Source: Vicugna vicugna (lineage: Eukaryota). From it: a stretch of 64,000 nt of DNA. The translations under genes were made by a program, and so were the position numbers. The stretch is from assembly GCA_013265495.1 (NCBI GenBank), contig MU058221.1:2976001-3040000 (forward strand). Reading direction: 5' to 3'. The notes beneath the pieces were generated by a model. That model searched no databases, was not told the origin of the DNA, and worked only from the letters and a program-made list of their open reading frames with translations. Positions 61,361-64,000 of the stretch are shown here, piece after piece; positions within the stretch are counted from its first letter, which is position 1, and each line of letters starts with the position of its first letter.

Positions 61361-62362
61361 ACAACCAAAGCATATTGCCATGTAGGGACTCTATGTGCCT
61401 ATTCCGAAGGTATCATCTTTGTGAGGGAACTGAGCTGCATACACTGAGCAGTTAGGAAGTATTTCAGGCAGAGTAAGTGGAAGGACCAACATGAGTGGCC
61501 CTGAGGTTCAGTCCTACAGGAGCTTAAGGAAAAACGAGAGGGTAGGTGGCTGAAGTGATTCTTCTTTCCCATAACCCCATAACTTGCATGAGCCCTTCTC
61601 TACTCAGTTTCTTTCTGCATTACTTTTGCCCATCATTTGCCCTTTCTTGTTCTTCTACCTCAAGGTCTGTTCATATGCAAATCCCACATTAAGCTTAGAT
61701 AAAGTAATATCCTCTCATCCATCAGACCCCTACTAACAAGTCCAGCCCTTCAAGTAAATCCCCCAGCACCGTTTATTCCTACATTTCAATTGGACATAGC
61801 TGATATTGCCTTAAAATTCTCCCATCTCTGCATTATTTATGCCCCCTCTTTTCTAGTCTTGATTTAAGCTCTTTGAAGTCCTTCTAACTTGCACATCACA
61901 AGCATCAATAATTCTTGGAGAAAATTGATGAGGACACATTTGTAATCCAGGGCACACCTTGCCGAGTGCTAAGTATGCAGCTGTCATTCATATATAGTTT
62001 TTGATTGATTAATTGCATGCATATTGTTACCTTGTGTCTCTGCTTTAATTTGATCTATATATTTATTTTTTGCTATTTCCTAACTCTGTAAGTATTTTTG
62101 GTTCGGTAATTCCACAGCATCATTTGCAAATTGTAGCTCTCACTTCCTTAAAAGTCCTCCCTGATCTCCTCTGTCGAAATCTCCTCTTTCAATCAGTCCT
62201 ATGCCAAACCAGCTCCTCAATGAAGCTCAGTTGGATTAAGCCTATAAAACTCCAGATGTTAAGATGAAACCCTTTAATGTTTGTGGATGTGCCCGTGATG
62301 AATTAAGTTATGCATTCATTTGCATATTTTGCAGTCCAAAATCTCTGATACGATGTCACATC

Positions 62363-62944
62363 TGAGGCAGGAGGGAAGGGGGCAGGGCACAACCATTAGA
62401 AGAATGACAGTCGATTGAGGCTAGGACATAAACTGGTTAGAACCAACCAGGCCCAAGATGGTGGAAGATCTGACTTCCAGTAGACCTTGAGCCTCATGGC
62501 AGACCCACCGGTACTACATTAGCATGCCAAATGACACACCCATAAGTGCCATGACAGTTCCCAGGCTGACCATAAAAAAGCCTAAAAGTGAGCAGGGACC
62601 CAATTCCCGGAAATCTCTACCCCTTCCCCAAAACAGTCGGAACAGTCCTCCCGCTCATTCGCATATGAAAGTACGCAGCCCATAAAAATGAACAATCCAG
62701 GATCTTAGAGCCTCTCTCGCCTTCTGAGAAGGCCCACACTCTGTCGTGGAGTGTGTACCTCCTTACGTAAATTTACTTTAAACTTACTATGGAATGTGTA
62801 TCTCCCAGGGCCGCTCTTCCTCCTGAGACTGACCACATTCTGTCAATGGAATGTGTCTCTCTCTAAATAAATGTGATTTCTCTTTACTATGGCTAGCTCT
62901 TGAATTCTTTCCTGCACGAGACAAGAACCTGTTCTCCAGTAACA
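62363..62944 (+). mobile_element. ERV1-class solo LTR
   Basis: TGAGGCAGG...CCAGTAACA termini, flanks CATC/CACC (4-bp TSD, one mismatch), a CATAAAA TATA-like motif and AATAAA near 62865. Related to the LTR at 178-682. Confidence 0.88.
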
Positions 62945-63008
62945 CACCCATCTCTGATCTGAAATCATTTTAAGTTCTCCTTGACATTCTTTTGGCTCAT
63001 GACTTCTT

Positions 63009-63243
63009 TTTTTTTTTTAACATTTTGTATTGATTTATAATCATTTTACAATGTTGTGTCAAATTCCAGTGTTCAGCACAATTTTTCAGTTATTCATGGA
63101 CATATACACACTCATTGTCACCATTTTTTTCTCTGTCAGCTAACATAACATTTTGTGTATATTTCCCTGTGCTATACAGTGTAATCTTGTTTATCTATTC
63201 TACAATTTTGAAATCCCAGTCTATCCCTTCCCACCCTCCACCC
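63009..63243 (-). mobile_element. young L1 3'-UTR insertion with perfect TSD
   Basis: 16-bp identical TSD TGGCTCATGACTTCTT at 62993-63008 and 63244-63259. Confidence 0.95.
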
Positions 63244-63724
63244 TGGCTCATGACTTCTTATCTACTCTCCTCTTCTATTATGCGTCTGTTCCCTTGGTCA
63301 GTTTGACTACAATTGCATTTCTTTTCTCTGAAAGCTAACATTTTACTTCCCCTTTACCTAAAAATTCTTTTATATGCTGCTATTTATTTAAGTGAACTAG
63401 GTTTCTAGAGAACAGTGACCTGATTTATCCTATTTTGTATCATCCAAAAGCACTTCATTCAAAAGCATTTGATTCATCTTTGTTGAATAAAATAAATCAC
63501 AAAGTAGATCAGACCATTTCTGCTGCTTTTCATGTCTTTTCTATCATACTAGAAGTTCTACACAGGTGTGGGTTCCATAGCTTCTTTTTCTATGCCTATA
63601 CTGTGTCTCAACCTTTTAAAAAATAAATACATTAATTAATGTATAATGTACAAGCTGAAATTTTTTGAAATAAATCTTTACTATACGGCTCCATGAATTA
63701 TTGCAAATAAAGTATAATGGTGTG

Positions 63725-64000
63725 TTGTCAATCCAAGATGGAACAGCAAGCACACGATTTACTCTATTGCATGAAACAATAAGAATAGAAAAAAGTCTAT
63801 ATATGAGAAAATAATTTTTAAGACACTAGATGCCAGGTAATTAAAGAGAATGATTCTTAAGGTATGGGGAATAAATAAAGTGAACTCTTCAACTGCCTGA
63901 CATTATTATCTTGAGAGAGTTTTAAAAAAAGGAACAAGGAGAGGGAATTCAAGCAAAGCTCAGTGAACTTCCTGAACTGAGGCGTCACATCGAGACTCTG
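63725..64000 (+). mobile_element. possible ancient L1 5' region, cut by the window edge
   Basis: CCAAGATGGAACAGCAAG...ATAATTTTTAAGACACTAGA resembles old L1M 5' ends. Confidence 0.4.

Noticed and set aside
178..62944. The two related LTRs as the ends of one provirus or composite element
   Set aside because: They are in opposite orientation, each has its own TSD, they lie 62 kb apart, and no gag/pol/env is visible between them.
1..64000. Prokaryotic-style systems (operon, CRISPR array, defence island)
   Set aside because: The sequence is mammalian, with no long ORFs and no regularly spaced repeat-spacer array. The recurring ~250-nt unit is dispersed L1 3'-UTR.

Overview
This window is repeat-rich mammalian DNA, most likely intergenic or intronic, and probably from a camelid. 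The evidence is three tRNA-Ala-derived SINEs resembling the camelid vic-1 family, many young L1 3'-UTR insertions, and no Alu, Bov-tA, PRE1 or Can-SINE. I cannot support any protein-coding gene, RNA gene or CRISPR array. The listed ORFs are repeat-derived or look like chance frames. Recognisable content: young and ancient L1, L2, MIR, solo LTRs (ERV1-class, LTR16, MLT1, MLT2), hAT elements (MER58B, MER5A, MER81 and a Charlie-type transposase fossil) and microsatellites. I found no convincing new biological system. The best lead is at 5.5-7.4 kb on the + strand: a small CpG promoter-like patch, splice sites and a poly(A) signal outline a hypothetical 3-exon transcript. Its first intron holds a MIR-derived hairpin whose arms look homogenised. 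Other leads are two twin-primed L1 inversions, clustering of L1 5' breakpoints at a G-rich tract, and candidate developmental enhancers. Repeat family names come from recalled consensus sequences, not a search, and boundaries of old repeats are approximate.
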